From positions 27,838,001 through 27,902,000 of the forward strand of contig OZ024760.1 in assembly GCA_964016885.1 (NCBI GenBank): DNA of 64,000 nt, read 5' to 3'. Of the stretch, positions 23,959 through 39,221 are shown in pieces (the first letter of the stretch is position 1; each line of letters opens with the position of its first letter). A program made the translations under genes and the position numbers. Source of the DNA: Eledone cirrhosa (taxonomy: Eukaryota). The notes beneath the pieces are model-generated. The model was given only the letters and a program-made list of their open reading frames with translations. It was not told the origin of the DNA and ran no database searches.

Positions 23959-25339
23959 CGCATCTCTCCAAAAGTAACCAGCATAATAAAACCCCTACCA
24001 TAACATTTTGATTAAGATATCTACAAACCACTCTCTCCTACATCTCCAACCCCTGCACATCTTTCTCTCTCTCTCCCTCTCCCCTACTTTTCTCTCTTCC
24101 TTTTCTACTCTATCTTCCCCAACAACCCCATTTAAGGGTATTTACATTGTACATTTTACCATTCTGCTCTGAGGATACAGTGGTCACAGCATTGGATATT
24201 TGAGTTCTGCAAATACTTGTAAATTTGCACATAGCATAACTAGGCTGTAGTACCACCGTGGAAACATTTGTAAGAACACGGAATAAATTACCTTTTTATG
24301 ATGTCAACCTGTTATTATTCATTCTCTATATACACTCTATATACATTACCCAGTACATTACTGGTACTTTATTTTATCGACCCCGTAAGGATGAAAGGCA
24401 AAGTTAACCTCGGCGGGATTTGAACTCAGAATGGCAAGGGCCGTAACTCTATGCGTCAAAGCATGGCGTCCGACCCTCTACCGATACTGCCAATCCACCG
24501 CCCTAATATATATATATAATGGCGATGAATTAGTTTTGCGAGGTTTTTTATATGAAATCGTGTCGAAACAAATATTGTTATACCTGGGGAAGGTCATATT
24601 TGTGTAATATTGCCAGAATTAATAACAGAACACACTCACTGTTTGGTTGGTTTTCACTATTCGCTTCTGTGTCTTCTGTTATTAATTCTGGCAATATTAC
24701 ACAAATATGACCCTCCCCAGGTATAACAATATATATATATATATATCTATATATATATATATAGATATATATATCATCATCATCATCATCATCATCACCG
24801 TTTTACGTCCGTGCTAGCATGGGTTAGACGGGTTGTCCTGTTGTGGGCAGTGTCTGGTCTGCTGACCATGCCTTGCTCATACAGGAACTGATTTGGCTTG
24901 ATTTCTACAGCTGGATGCCCTTCCTAACACCAACCTCATTTACAGTGAGTGCTGGGTGCTTTTTCGTGGCGCCTACACGTCCACTTTACAGTGTGGGCTG
25001 GGTGCTCTTTTGCCGTGGCACCTCCACGACCACCTTGCGGTGTATATATATATATATATAATGTATAATAAACAATACAATATAATTACCTCATTACCAG
25101 AGGTTTCCCGAATAAGACGAATACAAGAAAAAAAAAGATGTCTTACATAAGGAAAAGAAATCAAAAATATAACTTGAGTTTTTTTTTTAATATTTATTTA
25201 TTTCCTTTACCGGTTTCACAGTTTTTATGATTAAAGGAAATAAATAAATATTCTTAAAGAGACTCCAGTTGCATTTTCGATTTCTTTTCCTTATATATAT
25301 ACATATATATATATACATATATAATATATACATATTTAT

Positions 25340-25421
<82 letters not shown>

Positions 25422-25774
25422 CAACAAGGAAGAAGAAAAAAACTTACCTCGACACTTTAAATCTTTAATTTTTAGTTTTTAATTCTTATTAATTTTATTA
25501 ATTCTTTTTAATTGTTATACTCAATATTTGATAAGATGAATTTTACTAATACATCGAAACCGGTAATACTTTTTATACTTTATATACATTATATACTTTA
25601 TAAAAATCGGATTAGCAGTATCGGTAGAGGGTCGGACTCAATGTTTTAATGAATAGCGTTACAGCCCTTGCCATTTTGAGTTTAACTTTGCCTTTCATTG
25701 TTACGGGGTCGATAAAGTAAAGTACCAGTAATGCACTGGGATAATTGCTGGCCTTGTGCCAAAAGTAGAAACAA

Positions 25775-25975
25775 TTATATACTTTATATACTTTATATAC
25801 TTTATATACTTTATATACATTATATACTTTATATACTTTATATACATTATATACTTTATATACTTTATATACATTATATACTTTATATACTTTATATACA
25901 TTATATACTTTATATACTTTATATACATTATATACTATATATACTATATATACTATATATACTATATATACTCTA
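25775..25975. repeat. 9-bp repeat (TATATACTT)n
   Basis: Visible. Confidence 0.9.
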
Positions 25976-27382
25976 TAAAACTCTTTTTAAAAAGAATTGT
26001 TCCTCTCATTTTTTCAAAAAATGTCACTTTGACGAATCAAATAAAGAAAAAAAAAGAAAAAAAGGCGCTTAAATATATTTTCCGTGCTATTTCCAATTTC
26101 ATCTTTTCTCTCTCTCTCTTTCTATATATATACATATCATCATCATCATCATCATCATCATCATTTAACGTCTATCTTCCACGCTAGCCTGGGTTTAGAC
26201 GAGAATTGTCCCACTTGGGCAAGATTGGTCGGGTGACCGTGTCTCGCTTGTATAGGACTGTCTGGCAGGTTTTCTACAGCTGGATGCCCTTCCTAACACC
26301 AACCACATTTACAGTGTGGGACTGGGAGCTTTTTACCGTGTTACCTACACAGCCACATTACAGCGTGGACTGTGTTTTTTTTTGTCGTGACACCTACACG
26401 ACCTCATTAGTGTGGACTGGATGTTGTGGTCCCAACATAGCTTTACATCGAAAGGGGTGGTGTAGATGGCGGTAGTGGGACGGGGGTGTATTTTGGTTAA
26501 GAGGTACCTACTGACTAGGTTTTGCTTTGTACATAGGCAAGGCGGGTCTTCTGTATTACTGCATGGTGCCAAAGATCTCAGTCCAGTGACATTGTCTTAG
26601 AGAGGTGCAAGTGTGTAAGGTCGGAATTTATCAAGTCGTTACAGGTTTTTCTGGATCTACCTACTCCGTAGCTTCCATCAATTTTGATCGCCCCACACTT
26701 TTTTATACAGCTGACCATACCAACATAGTCTTCGCTCAAGTAAACAGCATCTGATCCCTCTTATTCCTAATTTCTCACTTAGTTCATTTATGCTTTGCCA
26801 TTTGCGTATATTACTATTACACATCCAACGGAGCATGCATGCTTCGTTCCTATATATATATATATATTTTTTCTCTTTTTTTTCCCTCTTCCAACGGTTT
26901 AATTTAAATATACTGTTATTTAAACCTTTCCAACACTAATTTGCATACTAAAGCAACAATAAATCTAATATCTCCACTATCCAGGACACTCCCACCGTGA
27001 AGGTTGCATTTTTTTCAGGGTATGTCAATATTTATTTATAAAACTAATCTATATTATATTTTATCTCATGAAAGCGCACCATAATCTGCTTTGGTGGCCC
27101 TTGAAATATGTATAATGAAATAAATATGGTTTTATAAATATAGTTTCCATTTGTTAATATATTGTATATTTACTCCAATAATTTGTTGAGTGCTTTATAT
27201 CAGTTATAAAAATATTTTGTTTGTTGTATCCCAGCAAATTAAATATAACCTCTACATATATATATATATATATTTCTATATTTATATATATATAGTAATA
27301 ATAATAAATTTGAAGACTAAAATCCAAAGAGGACTCGATAAGGGTGAAAGCAGCGATTCTTTGCTTAAAGTTTAATCTGTTA

Positions 27383-27447
<65 letters not shown>

Positions 27448-28151
27448 CGAAGGAGTTGTGGTAAGGAACCAGATGGACCATAACACACCAGAGTACTCAA
27501 TACTTAGGGTAGTAGAGTGGGTAATAGGAAAATGTATGACCCCTAGGGCAGAGCTTAAGCCTTTTGACAGCTATTTCTGGTTATTTCTGACGTTTCGAGG
27601 GCTATTTCTGGACTCAGAAATAGCCCTCGAAACAGCTTGAGCTCTGTGGTCGGGGTCTAACATTTTTCTATATATATATACAAATGTCTTTGTGAAAGAA
27701 ATCAATGGAAAATGAAAGTGCTTGACAAGTATCATAAAAGCCAGCCCCCTCCATTTCTCTACCTTAGTATTGCTCCAGTACTAACAACATATATTGATTA
27801 GTAATATATTCTCCTCACAGTTCTTAATAATCACCAGCTTACAATTGACTGTTTCATCTTATGTATTACAACGTCAAGGTATATCTTTATAGAAAGATGG
27901 TTTATATATATATATGTATACATATATATATGTGTGTATATGTAAATATATATCTATATATCTATATGTATACATATATATGTGTATATATATATATATG
28001 TATATATATGTGTATATATATATATATATATACATATATATGTATACATATAGATATATATGTATACATATATATATGCAGTTTTAAATCAACATATGTT
28101 GATTTAAAACTGCACTATCCACAAGTGTTTTTTAACCTTCATATCATGTCC

Positions 28152-28222
28152 TATTTTATCTGATGAAAACACAAATGTTATTGCATGATGATATTTGTTT
28201 TTGAAATGCGCATAATAAAATA
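28152..28222 (+). ncRNA. Hammerhead motif, family A, intact
   Basis: tattttat-CTGATGA-aaacacaaat..atttgttttt-GAAA-tgcgca-TA-ataaaata; 8-bp stem I, palindromic ATGCGCAT stem III. Confidence 0.8.
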
Positions 28223-29569
28223 CATGGAACTCCTTTAACCATCTTTTGATCTTATATATTATGTATACTCCAGTCCTACAAACTGTAGAGTGCTTCTTAT
28301 CCGATATCTGCATTGCTTTATTGTACTACAATAAAACTCACCTCCTACATATATATATATATATATATGGATGTATATAAATATGTATATATGTATATAT
28401 ATATATATATGCATATATGTGGCCTCAGCCGGATGGCTGCAACAGGTAAAAGAGACTATATATGTATATATATATATATATGTATATATATATGTATATA
28501 TATATATATATATCTGTATATATATGTATACATACATACATATATCTATCTATCTATATATATATATGTAATCAAATAACAGGAGGCTGGACTTGTGTGA
28601 ATCCTTGAACGGTACAAACCTAAATAAATATATATATATGTATGTATATATGTATGTATATGTATATATATATATGGTAACATGTATCCCAGTACAACCT
28701 GTCTCATGGTCGGGTTGTTGGCGACTAAACTGGCAACCCCACTAAGGTTTCTTGGTGAGGAGGGTGACTTTGGACATCCTGCAGGACTAAAAACAAAACC
28801 TGTCAAAGGGCAAAGGAGCTCTTAAGAGTCAATGGCCATCCAAAATCACCGGGAGAGATGACCCCTTAGCCTTTGTCAAGGCAGAATTCTAGGAGAAGGA
28901 AAACTCTGATATAACACCTGCAACCCTGATGGTATCCAATGATGTTAACTTGTCCTTCTTTTTGGTAAATATCATCTTGGTTAAGAGAGTGGGACTGGCT
29001 TTGTGCAGTGCCTTTGCTCACTATAAAAGCTTCACGGCACAGGCATTGCTTTATATCTGGAGATCTCTCTGCATTTGTCATCACATGGTGCCATGGGCCC
29101 AGCACTATGTGTCAATAATTGTCACAAGTGTAGTGTTTGTACCAGAGTTTTCAAGTCGCTGGCTGGACTAAAAAGTCACACTCGTTCAGAGCATCGGTAG
29201 GGGTTCTCCTACATGGATATGAAGTAGTGGCCGTACTCGAAAACGAGTTGGCAGCCACCATATGTATATATATTTGTATATATATGTATACATACATACA
29301 TATATCTATCTATCTATATATATATATGTATATATGTATATATACATATACAACTAATAAGAGTCAACGGCTATCCAAAAGTGTGTAAATATGTATATAT
29401 ACATGTAGATATGTATGTATATGTATATATACAGGTACATATGTATGTATATGCGCGGGGACATAGAAATAGTCGGGCTGGACAACCGATCAAGTGGTTA
29501 AACCACTGTGAGTGAAGGACCCCTAGCCTTTGTCAGGGCATTCTTCTAGGAGAAGGCAACTCAGGAAAC

Positions 29570-29807
29570 TGGGATAACTCCAATATACAACCTGCGGCTC
29601 AGTAGTTACCGATGATGTTGATCTTTTCTTCTTTTCGGGTTATAGCTACTGTCTCTCAGAGAGTGGGATTGGCTCAGTGCACAGTCTTTCCTCACTTTAA
29701 AAAATATCTTCAGGCACAGGCATTGCACGATAGAATTAAATAATATATATGTATATATATATATGTATATATATATATGTATATATATATATGTATATAT
29801 ATATATG

Positions 29808-29841
<34 letters not shown>

Positions 29842-30105
29842 TATGATGATGGCTGCCTCCTTGTTATCGAGTATGGCCATTGCACGATATACCATTATTA
29901 ATAATTGTTAATAATGGGCCATTATTTAATTCTATCGTGCAATGCCTGAGCGTGAAGATATTTTTTAAAGTGAGGAAAGACTGGGCACTGAGCCAATCCC
30001 ACTCTCTGAGCGACAGTAGCTATAACCCGAAAAGAAGAAAAGATCAACATCATTGGTAACTACTGAGCTGCAGGTTTTATATTGGAGTTATCCCAGTTTC
30101 CTGGG
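29570..30105. repeat. Inverted repeat of a retroposon segment, arms ~29570-29742 and ~29925-30105
   Basis: ggaaactgggataactccaatat is mirrored by atattggagttatcccagtttcc. Confidence 0.85.
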
Positions 30106-30146
<41 letters not shown>

Positions 30147-30176
30147 AGATCAAAAGATGGTTAAAGGAGTTCCATG

Positions 30177-30247
30177 TATTTTATTATGCGCATTTCAAAA
30201 ACAAACATCATCATGCAATAATATTTGTGTTTTCATCAGATAAAACA
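30177..30247 (-). ncRNA. Hammerhead motif, family A, intact
   Basis: Reverse strand: gttttat-CTGATGA-aaacac..gttttt-GAAA-tgcgca-TA-ataaaata. Confidence 0.78.
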
Positions 30248-31089
30248 GGAGGACATGATATGAAGGCTAAAAAACACTTGTGGATAGTGCAGTTTTAAAT
30301 CAACATATGAGAAGTAGTTTTAAATTGATGTGTGATATTGGGAAAAAATATTTTATTTAGAGAGGGGGGGTGGAAAGGATGAAAAAAAGGGGAGGAGATG
30401 AGAGTGAAGGTGGAGAGGGAGAGGTGGGTGACAGAGAGAGAGAGATAGTTTTTATAACTGAGAAAGATATATTGTTTTACATAGAGAGGTTGAAAACCGT
30501 ATTGTACTACAATAAAACTCACCTCCTACATATATATATATATACATATATCATTCAGTATCATTATTATCGTTAGATGGGCAGTGAATTGGCAGTATCG
30601 GTGGAGGGTCGGACATCATGCTTTGACGCATAGAGTTACGGCCCTTGCCATTCTGAGTTCAAATCCCGCCGAGGTTAACTTTGCCTTTCACACTTACGGG
30701 GTCGATAATATAAAGTACCAGTAATGTACTGGGTAATTGATGGCCTTGTGCCAATAGTAGAAACAGTTATTATCATTAGATGAAATAGGGCGCTGGTTTG
30801 GCAGTATCGGTAGAGCGTCATACACCATGTTTTGCAGCATAGTTATGTCCCTTTACGGTCTGAGTTCAAATCCGCCGAGGTTAACTTTGCCTTTTATCCT
30901 TACTGGGTCGATAAAATAAAGTACCAGTGGTGCACTGGGGTAATCGCTGGCCTTGTGCCAAAAGTAGAAACTCTAGGGCGGTGGATTGGCAGTATCGGTA
31001 GAGGGTCGATGCCATGCTTTGCAGCACAGAGTTACGTCCCTTTACGATCTGAGTTCAAATCCCACCGAGGTTAGCTTTGCCTTTCATCC

Positions 31090-31551
31090 TTACGGGGTCG
31101 ATAAAATAAAGTACCAGTAATACACTGAGATAATTGCTGGCCTCATGCCAAAAATAGAAACTATTATTACAGGGTCGATAAAATAAAGTACCAGTAATAC
31201 ACTGAGATAATTGCTGGCCTTGTGCCAAAAGTAGAAACAATTATTACAGGGTCGATAAAATAAAGTACCAGTAATACACTGAGATAATTGCTGGCCTTGT
31301 GCCAAAAGTAGAAACAATTATTACAGGGTCGATAAAATAAAGTACCAGTAATACACTGAGATAATTGCTGGCCTTGTGCCAAAAGTAGAAACAATTATTA
31401 CAGGGTCGATAAAATAAAGTACCAGTAATACACTGAGATAATTGCTGGCCTCGTGCCAAAAATAGAAACAATTATTACAGGGTCGATAAAATAAAGTACC
31501 AGTAATACACTGAGATAATTGCTGGCCTCGTGCCAAAAATAGAAACAATTA
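31090..31551 (+). repeat. 77-bp x6 tandem amplification of the SINE 3' half
   Basis: Units start at 31090, 31167, 31244, 31321, 31398, 31475; same period as the staggered ORFs. Confidence 0.95.
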
Positions 31552-31829
31552 TTGTCATTAGATGAAAGTGACATCGAATTTCCAGTCTTTCTGCCCCCCC
31601 CCCCTCCTACACACACTCTCTCCTTCTCTCTAAACAAATGGCCTTCATTTACTCTGTCTATCTATGGACATGTCTCTCACTTGGCGCTCCCCCTCACTAT
31701 ATAAAGGGAGCGTGACAAACGGAAAGGACACAAAGCTCCCTTTGTAATATAGATTATCCATTTATTTATTATTTTTATTCGTTCTAGAAAATATTTGATC
31801 GAGTTTTATGATCAACAATTGTGTGAGTG

Positions 31830-31860
<31 letters not shown>

Positions 31861-32080
31861 TATATATATATATTTATATATGTATATATATGTATATATA
31901 TATATATACACACATATTATATATATATATTTATATATATATATGTATATATATGTATATATATATATATACACACATATTATATATATATATTTATATA
32001 TATATATGTATATATATGTATATATATATATGTATATATATGTATATATATGTATATATGTATATATATATACATATATA

Positions 32081-32126
<46 letters not shown>

Positions 32127-32348
32127 TATATGTATATATATATACATATATACATATATATATGTATATATATATACATATATACATATATATATGTATA
32201 TATATATACATATATACATATATATATGTATATATATATATACATATATACATATATATATGTATATATATATACATATATACATATATATATGTATATA
32301 TATACATATATATATATATGTATATATGTATATATATATACATATATA

Positions 32349-32392
<44 letters not shown>

Positions 32393-32616
32393 TATATATG
32401 TATATATATATATACATATATACATATATATATGTATATATATATACATATATACATATATATATGTATATATATATACATATATACATATATATATGTA
32501 TATATATATATACATATATACATATATATATGTATATATATATACATATATACATATATATATGTATATATATACATATATATATATGTATATATGTATA
32601 TATATATACATATATA

Positions 32617-32667
<51 letters not shown>

Positions 32668-33384
32668 AGAAGCAAAAGATTGCTTATTGTAATCCAGTTT
32701 TTGGTTAAGAAAGCCAGTTTCATGGATGGTTTCAACGTACGGTTAGGGGTAACTCCACAAGTTTGTAAGAATTCCGTTCAATCTTGGAGTATAAAGTATA
32801 AAAAAGAAAACACAGGTAAGCATTAAGAGAAGGATTTAATCCAGGTATTTACGACCGTTTCATTGGTAAGTGCAACCTTATATTGCTATACTGCAAATAG
32901 CAGCCACTCAATTATAATTGTTGTTCACAGTCCAAATTTTCAAAATAGTGAGTTACTCTTGAAATAATTCTTAATATATAGAGAAAAACATTTATTTGGA
33001 ATTGTATTTACTAGTATAGAGAGAGAGGGATCATGAGGTGAGAGGACAGACGGCACAGTATAGAGAGAGAGGAAGGGGAAGAGGTAGGAAGTAGAATGAC
33101 AAACTGAGGTGGAGGTAGGGGTAGAGGTGGAAGGATTCTTTGGTCAGTTTTGATAGCAGACACCATGTCGTGGAGTGTAGTGAGTTAAAGAGAATTAAAT
33201 AGATAATAGTGGGAGGGATGGATAGAGAGGGAGAGAGAGAGAGGGGGGGGGAGAGATATAAAGAGATAAATATATATATATATATACACACACACATACA
33301 CACACATATATATACATACACACATACATATATATATATGCATTGTCGAGACTTAAAGAAATTTATATATATATATATACATGT

Positions 33385-36300
33385 ATCATCATCATCGTTT
33401 AACGTCTATCTTCCATGCTAGCATGGGTTTAGATGGGATTTGTCCCACTTGGGGCAAGATTGGTCGTCTCACTCGTATAGGACTGTCTGGCGGGTTTTCT
33501 ACAGCTGGATGCCCTTCCTAACACCAACCACGTTTACAGTGTGGGGCTGGGAGGTTTTTACCGTGTTACCTATATGGCCACATTACACCTACACAACCTC
33601 ATTTATTTAGGACTGGATGTTGTGGTACCAACATAACTTTACAGAGAAAGAGGTGGTGTTGATGGGGGAGTTGAGGTAGTGGGAGGGGGGTATATATTTG
33701 GTTAAGAGGTGCCTACTGACTGTAGGTTTCGCTTTGTACATAGGCAAGGCGGGTCTTCTGTATTACAGCATAGTGCCAACGATCTCGGTCCAGTGACATT
33801 GTCTTAGAGAGGTGTAAGTGTGTAAGGTTTATGAAATCACCCCAGATCTTTCTGGGTCTCTTAGTTCATTTATGCTTTGCTGTTTCTATATATTACTATT
33901 ACACATCCAGCGGAGCATGCATGCTTCGTTCCTTTCCAGTCTACGCAGGTCCTCTGCACGCAATGCCCATGTCTCACTGCCATGTAACATAGCTGTTCAT
34001 ATGCAGGCATCATACAGTCTGCCTTTCATTTTTAGAGAGAACCCTTTAGTGGCCAATAGTGGTATAAGCTCTCTGAACTTTTTCCATCCCGTTCTGACTC
34101 TGACTACTGTACTTTCTGAGCACCCTCCACCACTGCTGATTTTGCCACCCAGGTAACGGAAGGTGTCCACTATTTATATAGAGCCATCTGGGCAATAGAA
34201 GGAGCTAGTATCCTGTGGGCACTTGCTACTTATTGCACTGAGCACCGGCCACATATAAAAACTACATTCTTAGATAGTTTACCTGTGATCCCACTACATC
34301 TTTTATGCACCCATACTTTGCATTTGGGACATAAAATGGAATTTCTACCTACTCCTTTCCTACACACTGAGCATGGCCATCTACCAGAGGGGACCTGTGC
34401 CCTATTTTCCTTCCTACATACTAGAACTTTAGTCTTAGACAAGTTAACTTTAAGGCCTTTTGATTCTAGGCCGTGCTTCCATTTTTGGAATTTCTTCTCT
34501 AGTTCAGCCATCGATTCAGCTATGAGCGTTAGAGAAGTTCCCATGGGCAGCCAGTCTTGAACCCCTCTGTTATGGCCTGAATGGAAATAATAAATAGGAG
34601 GGGGCTAAGGACAGAGCCCTGATGGACACCAACTTTTATGCTAAATTCTTCACTATATTCGTTGTTAATTGCTGACTGTTTCTTTATACATGGCTTGTAT
34701 AGCTCTCACAAGCCATTCATCAACTTCTAGTTTTCTAAGGGCCCACCAGATAATGGAGCGGGGGACTCTGTCAAAGGCTTTCTCCAAGTCAACAAAAGCT
34801 AAGTAGAGGAGTTTACTTTTAGCTAGGTACTTCTCCTGTAGTTGTCGAACAAGGAAAAGAGCATCTGTGGTACTTTTACATGACACAAACCCAAACTGCA
34901 TTTCATCTAGATCAATTTGCTCTCTGATTAGTTACGCTATAACTCTTTCTGTGACCTTCATGACCTGGTCAATTAATTTAATGCCTCTATAATTTCCTCT
35001 ATCTAGTGCATCTCCTTTACCCTTGTTGCAGTTAATGATGATGATGCTACGCCAGTCATTTGGTATGACGCCGTTCTGTATAACTTGGTTTACTATCCGG
35101 GTGACCATAGTGTGTCCCACCATACCAGATGCTTTCAGCAATTCAGCAACTATCTCCGACGGCCTAGCTGCCTTGCCTGTCTTCATATCTTTGATTGCCT
35201 TACTTATTATACTACCTTCAACTTGCACCGCTGGTCCTTCTATTGGATCGATTTGGGGCAGACTATCTTTGTCCCATTTATTCTCCTCATTTAGTAGCCT
35301 CTCATAGTGACACTTCCAGGCTATCTTCTTATCAGCATCAGTGATGGCAAGTATGCCATCATCATTACGGACACACTTCTCCCCAACAATATCACGGTTT
35401 TCCTTGACACATTGTCTAGCAATCCTGAACACCTCACGTTTTTGGTCCTCGCGTTGTAGAACATGCTTGAACTCTCTTTCCTCTGCTTCCCTTCTTGCGA
35501 AGAACACTTGTCTCCTAGCTTCCCTCCTGGCCACTTGATAGTGTTCTCTACTTCCCCCATCCCGCCATACTTTCCAAGCCTGCTTTTTGGCCTTAATTGA
35601 CTCCTCCACCTTACTATTCTACCACCAAGTTACTCTCCTCCTGCCTATAGGTCTGCTCCAGCCACAGATATCATCTGTCGCCTTCAGCAGGTTAACTTTC
35701 AGGAATTCCCACTGTTCCTCTATATTGTACAACTCTAATTGCTCTTCCTTACTGTCAAATGCATCAAGTAATATGCTTTTAAATTTGTTATTGGCTGTGG
35801 GATCCTTTAACTTCCATATTCTTCTTCTTAGGGTAGTCCTCGTCTGTTGTCGAGTACGTCTCGTCCTGACTATGAGGTCGCTAACTATGAGGCTATGTTG
35901 GGAGGTGCATTCTTTATGGGGGAGGGATTTAGTGTTTACAACAGACACTCTGTTATGTCTTCTGGTAAGGATATAATCTATCTGACTGGTGTGTTCCCCT
36001 GATCTATAGGTGATCAAGTGATTGTCTCGTTTTTTGAAGTTTGTGTTACAGATAGTTAGGTTATTGGCGTCACAGAATTCCAGGATTCTGGAGCCTTCCT
36101 CATTTCTAGTACCAAACCCATAGCCTCCTTGATTCCATCATAGCCATCACAATGTTGTCCAACCATTTAGGTCGCCAGCAATAATTATGTAGTCACTGTT
36201 GGTTATTTGTGAGGTAGTGAACATTAGCGACTCATAGAATCTGTCTTTTATAACGCCAGGCAGTCTGGGTTGGAGTGCATACGCAGATATTACTGTCACA

Positions 36301-36820
36301 GTAGTTCTATTTAGGACAAGTCTTATTTTAATTATTCTGTCGTTCACTCTATTTACATCTATTATCTTATCTACCCATTTTTCTGCTAACATGATTCCTT
36401 CTCCACCCAGCCTATTGTTATTTCCCACCCAGAAAAGTTTATAGCATCGTTTTTTACCCACAATGAATCTAGCAGACCCACCCCTCCACCTGGTCTCTTG
36501 AATACAGCAAACATCAACTTCCTTACGTTCAAGCATCTCTACAACCTCGTTAGAGCGACATTTTAAGGTGCCTACATTCATGGTACCAACTCTGAAGTTT
36601 TGGATTGTGTTTGGTGGATGGGAAGGATGGGGTGCGGGGAGGGAGATGGGGTTATGTTAACCGTCCGCAGCCTAAATAAAGAGGAGGAGTCCTTGAATTC
36701 TTGTCCGGCAGCATGAGGTGAATTTATCTTTATCTTTGGCATTGTCATTGAGTGTCCAGATTTTTCAGACTCTCTAGAATTCCATAGTCCATCTTGCATA
36801 TTGAAAAGCAACCAAGTCTA
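33385..36820 (-). mobile_element. Decayed RTE-type LINE of a second family (APE, RT, Cys-rich insert, 3' UTR). 3' fragments also at 37800-38060, 41745-42225, 26640-26850
   Basis: MNVGTL..CIQETRW..AGDLNG; QIDYIL; NYRGIKL; QFGF..FVDLEKAFDRV; WPCSVCRKGVGRNSILCPKCKVWVHKRC; multiple stops and deletions. Confidence 0.9.
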
Positions 36821-36832
36821 AATATATGTATG

Positions 36833-36875
<43 letters not shown>

Positions 36876-37153
36876 TTTGTTGATTACCATTCAACAAAGT
36901 TAATTTTATAACAGATATGAAGCACTCTACAGTATTTATCTGGAGTATTATTAATATTAACTATATTAATAAATGGAAGGTATCTATATAATACCATATT
37001 TATTTATTATAAGTATTTCAAGGATACTAAATTTTAGTGTGCTTTCATCAGATAAAATATAATATTTGGTGCTTAAATATTGACATACCTTAGTGTAAAC
37101 TTACTAGTATAAGTTTACCCTAAGGTATGTCAATATTTTAACACCAAATATTA

Positions 37154-37213
37154 TATTTTATCTGATGAAAGCACACTAAAATTTAGTATCCTTGAAATAC
37201 TTATAATAAAATA
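37154..37213 (+). ncRNA. Hammerhead motif, family B, in palindrome ~36964-37252 (mirror ~37001-37059). Degenerate relative at ~27057-27122
   Basis: tattttat-CTGATGA-aag..actaaa a tttagt..ctt-GAAA-tactta-TA-ataaaata. Confidence 0.7.
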
Positions 37214-37338
37214 AATATGGTATTATATAGATACTTTCCATTTATTAATATTGTTAAAATTTATATGTGTATATATATATAACTGAACAAAACAGAAAAG
37301 AAAAGACTATTTTGAGTTTCTAACTCAATGCATGCCTT

Positions 37339-37401
<63 letters not shown>

Positions 37402-38177
37402 TGTATGTATGTATGTATGTATGTATGTATGTATGTATGTATGTATGTATATATATATATATATATGTGTTTGTATGTATGTATATGTATATATATATAT
37501 ATATATATGTATGTATATGTATATATATATATCATCATCATCATCATCACCGTTTTACGTCCGTTCTTCCACGCTAGCATGGGTTAGACGGGTTGTCCTG
37601 TTGTGGGCAGTGTCTGGTCGGCTGACCATGCCTTGCTCATACAGGAACTGATTTTGGCTTGATTTCTACAGCTGGATGCCCTTCCTAACACCAACCTCAT
37701 TTACAGTGAGTGCTGGGTGCTTTTTTGCCGTGGCACCTCCACGACCACTTTGCAGTGGGAGGGTGTGGGGGCATATTGTCTATATGCTTCAGCTTGTACG
37801 CATGGGAGGTCGGGTTCTCTGTATTACTGCGTGACGCAGAGGTCACGGTCATGTATCATCACCTTGGAGAGGTGTAATTGGGTAAGGTTGGCTTTTATCA
37901 CCTCATCCCAGGTCTTCTTGGGTCTCCCCACTCCGTGGTTTCCATCGACTTCTAGTGCTCTGCACCTTTTTATGCAGCTGTCATCCTTCATACGCATCAC
38001 ATGTCCATACCAACGTAACCGCCTCTCCTGCACACAGAATTTGATTCCTCTTATGCTCATATATATATGTATATATATATGTATGTATATATATATGTAT
38101 ATATGTATATATATATCTATATATATGTATGTATATATATATATGTATATATGTATATATATATATATGTATGTATG

Positions 38178-38262
<85 letters not shown>

Positions 38263-38299
38263 GTATATATATGTATATATATGTATGTATGTATGTATA

Positions 38300-38352
<53 letters not shown>

Positions 38353-38409
38353 TCTTTTACTCTTTTACCTGTTTCAGCCATCCGGCTGAGGCCATGCTGG
38401 GGCACCGCC

Positions 38410-38445
<36 letters not shown>

Positions 38446-39026
38446 GTATATATATATATATATATTGTTTTTAGTCCTGCAGGATGTCCAAAGTCACCCT
38501 CCTCACCAAGAAACCTTGGTGGGGTTGCCTGTCAAAGGGCAAAGGAACTCTTAAGAGTCAATGGCCATCCAAAATCACTGGGAGAGATGACCCCTTAGCC
38601 TTTGTCAAGGCAGAATTCTAGGAGAAGGAAAACTCTGATATAACACCTGCAACTCTGATGGTATCCAATGATGTTGACTTGTTCTTCTTTTTGGTAAATA
38701 TCATCTTGGTTAAGAGAGTGGGACTGGCTTTGTGCAGTGCCTTTGCTCACTATAAAAGCTTCACGGCACAGGCATTGCTGTATATCTGGAGATCTCTCTG
38801 CACTTGTCGTCACATGGTACCATGGGCCCAGCACTATGTGTCAATAATTGTCACAAGTGTAGTGTTTGTACCAGAGTTTTCAAGTCGCTGGTTGGACTAA
38901 AGTCACATTCGTTCAGCGCATCGGTAGGGGTTCTCCTACATGGATATAAAGTAGTGGCCGTACTCGAAAAGGAGTTGGCAGCCACCATATATATATATAT
39001 TCTTAAACTTTAATCTGTTATTTTAA

Positions 39027-39067
<41 letters not shown>

Positions 39068-39092
39068 GTATATATATATATATGTATGTATG

Positions 39093-39143
<51 letters not shown>

Positions 39144-39144
39144 A

Positions 39145-39183
<39 letters not shown>

Positions 39184-39221
39184 GTATCTATGTATGTATA
39201 TATATATATATATATATATAT

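Larger units (their letters stand above)
22028..24319 (-). mobile_element. 5'-truncated Penelope-like element (Naiad-like) with 3' pseudo-LTR and an inverted pseudo-LTR copy at the 5' end
   Basis: RT and GIY-YIG ORFs on -; 22028-22388 is an inverted repeat of ~23958-24319; both arms carry a hammerhead. Confidence 0.88.

Noticed and set aside
26980-27022. Possible extra exon (ccag...cag|ggtatgt)
   Set aside because: Lies within a family B repeat and is not needed for frame between exons E and F.
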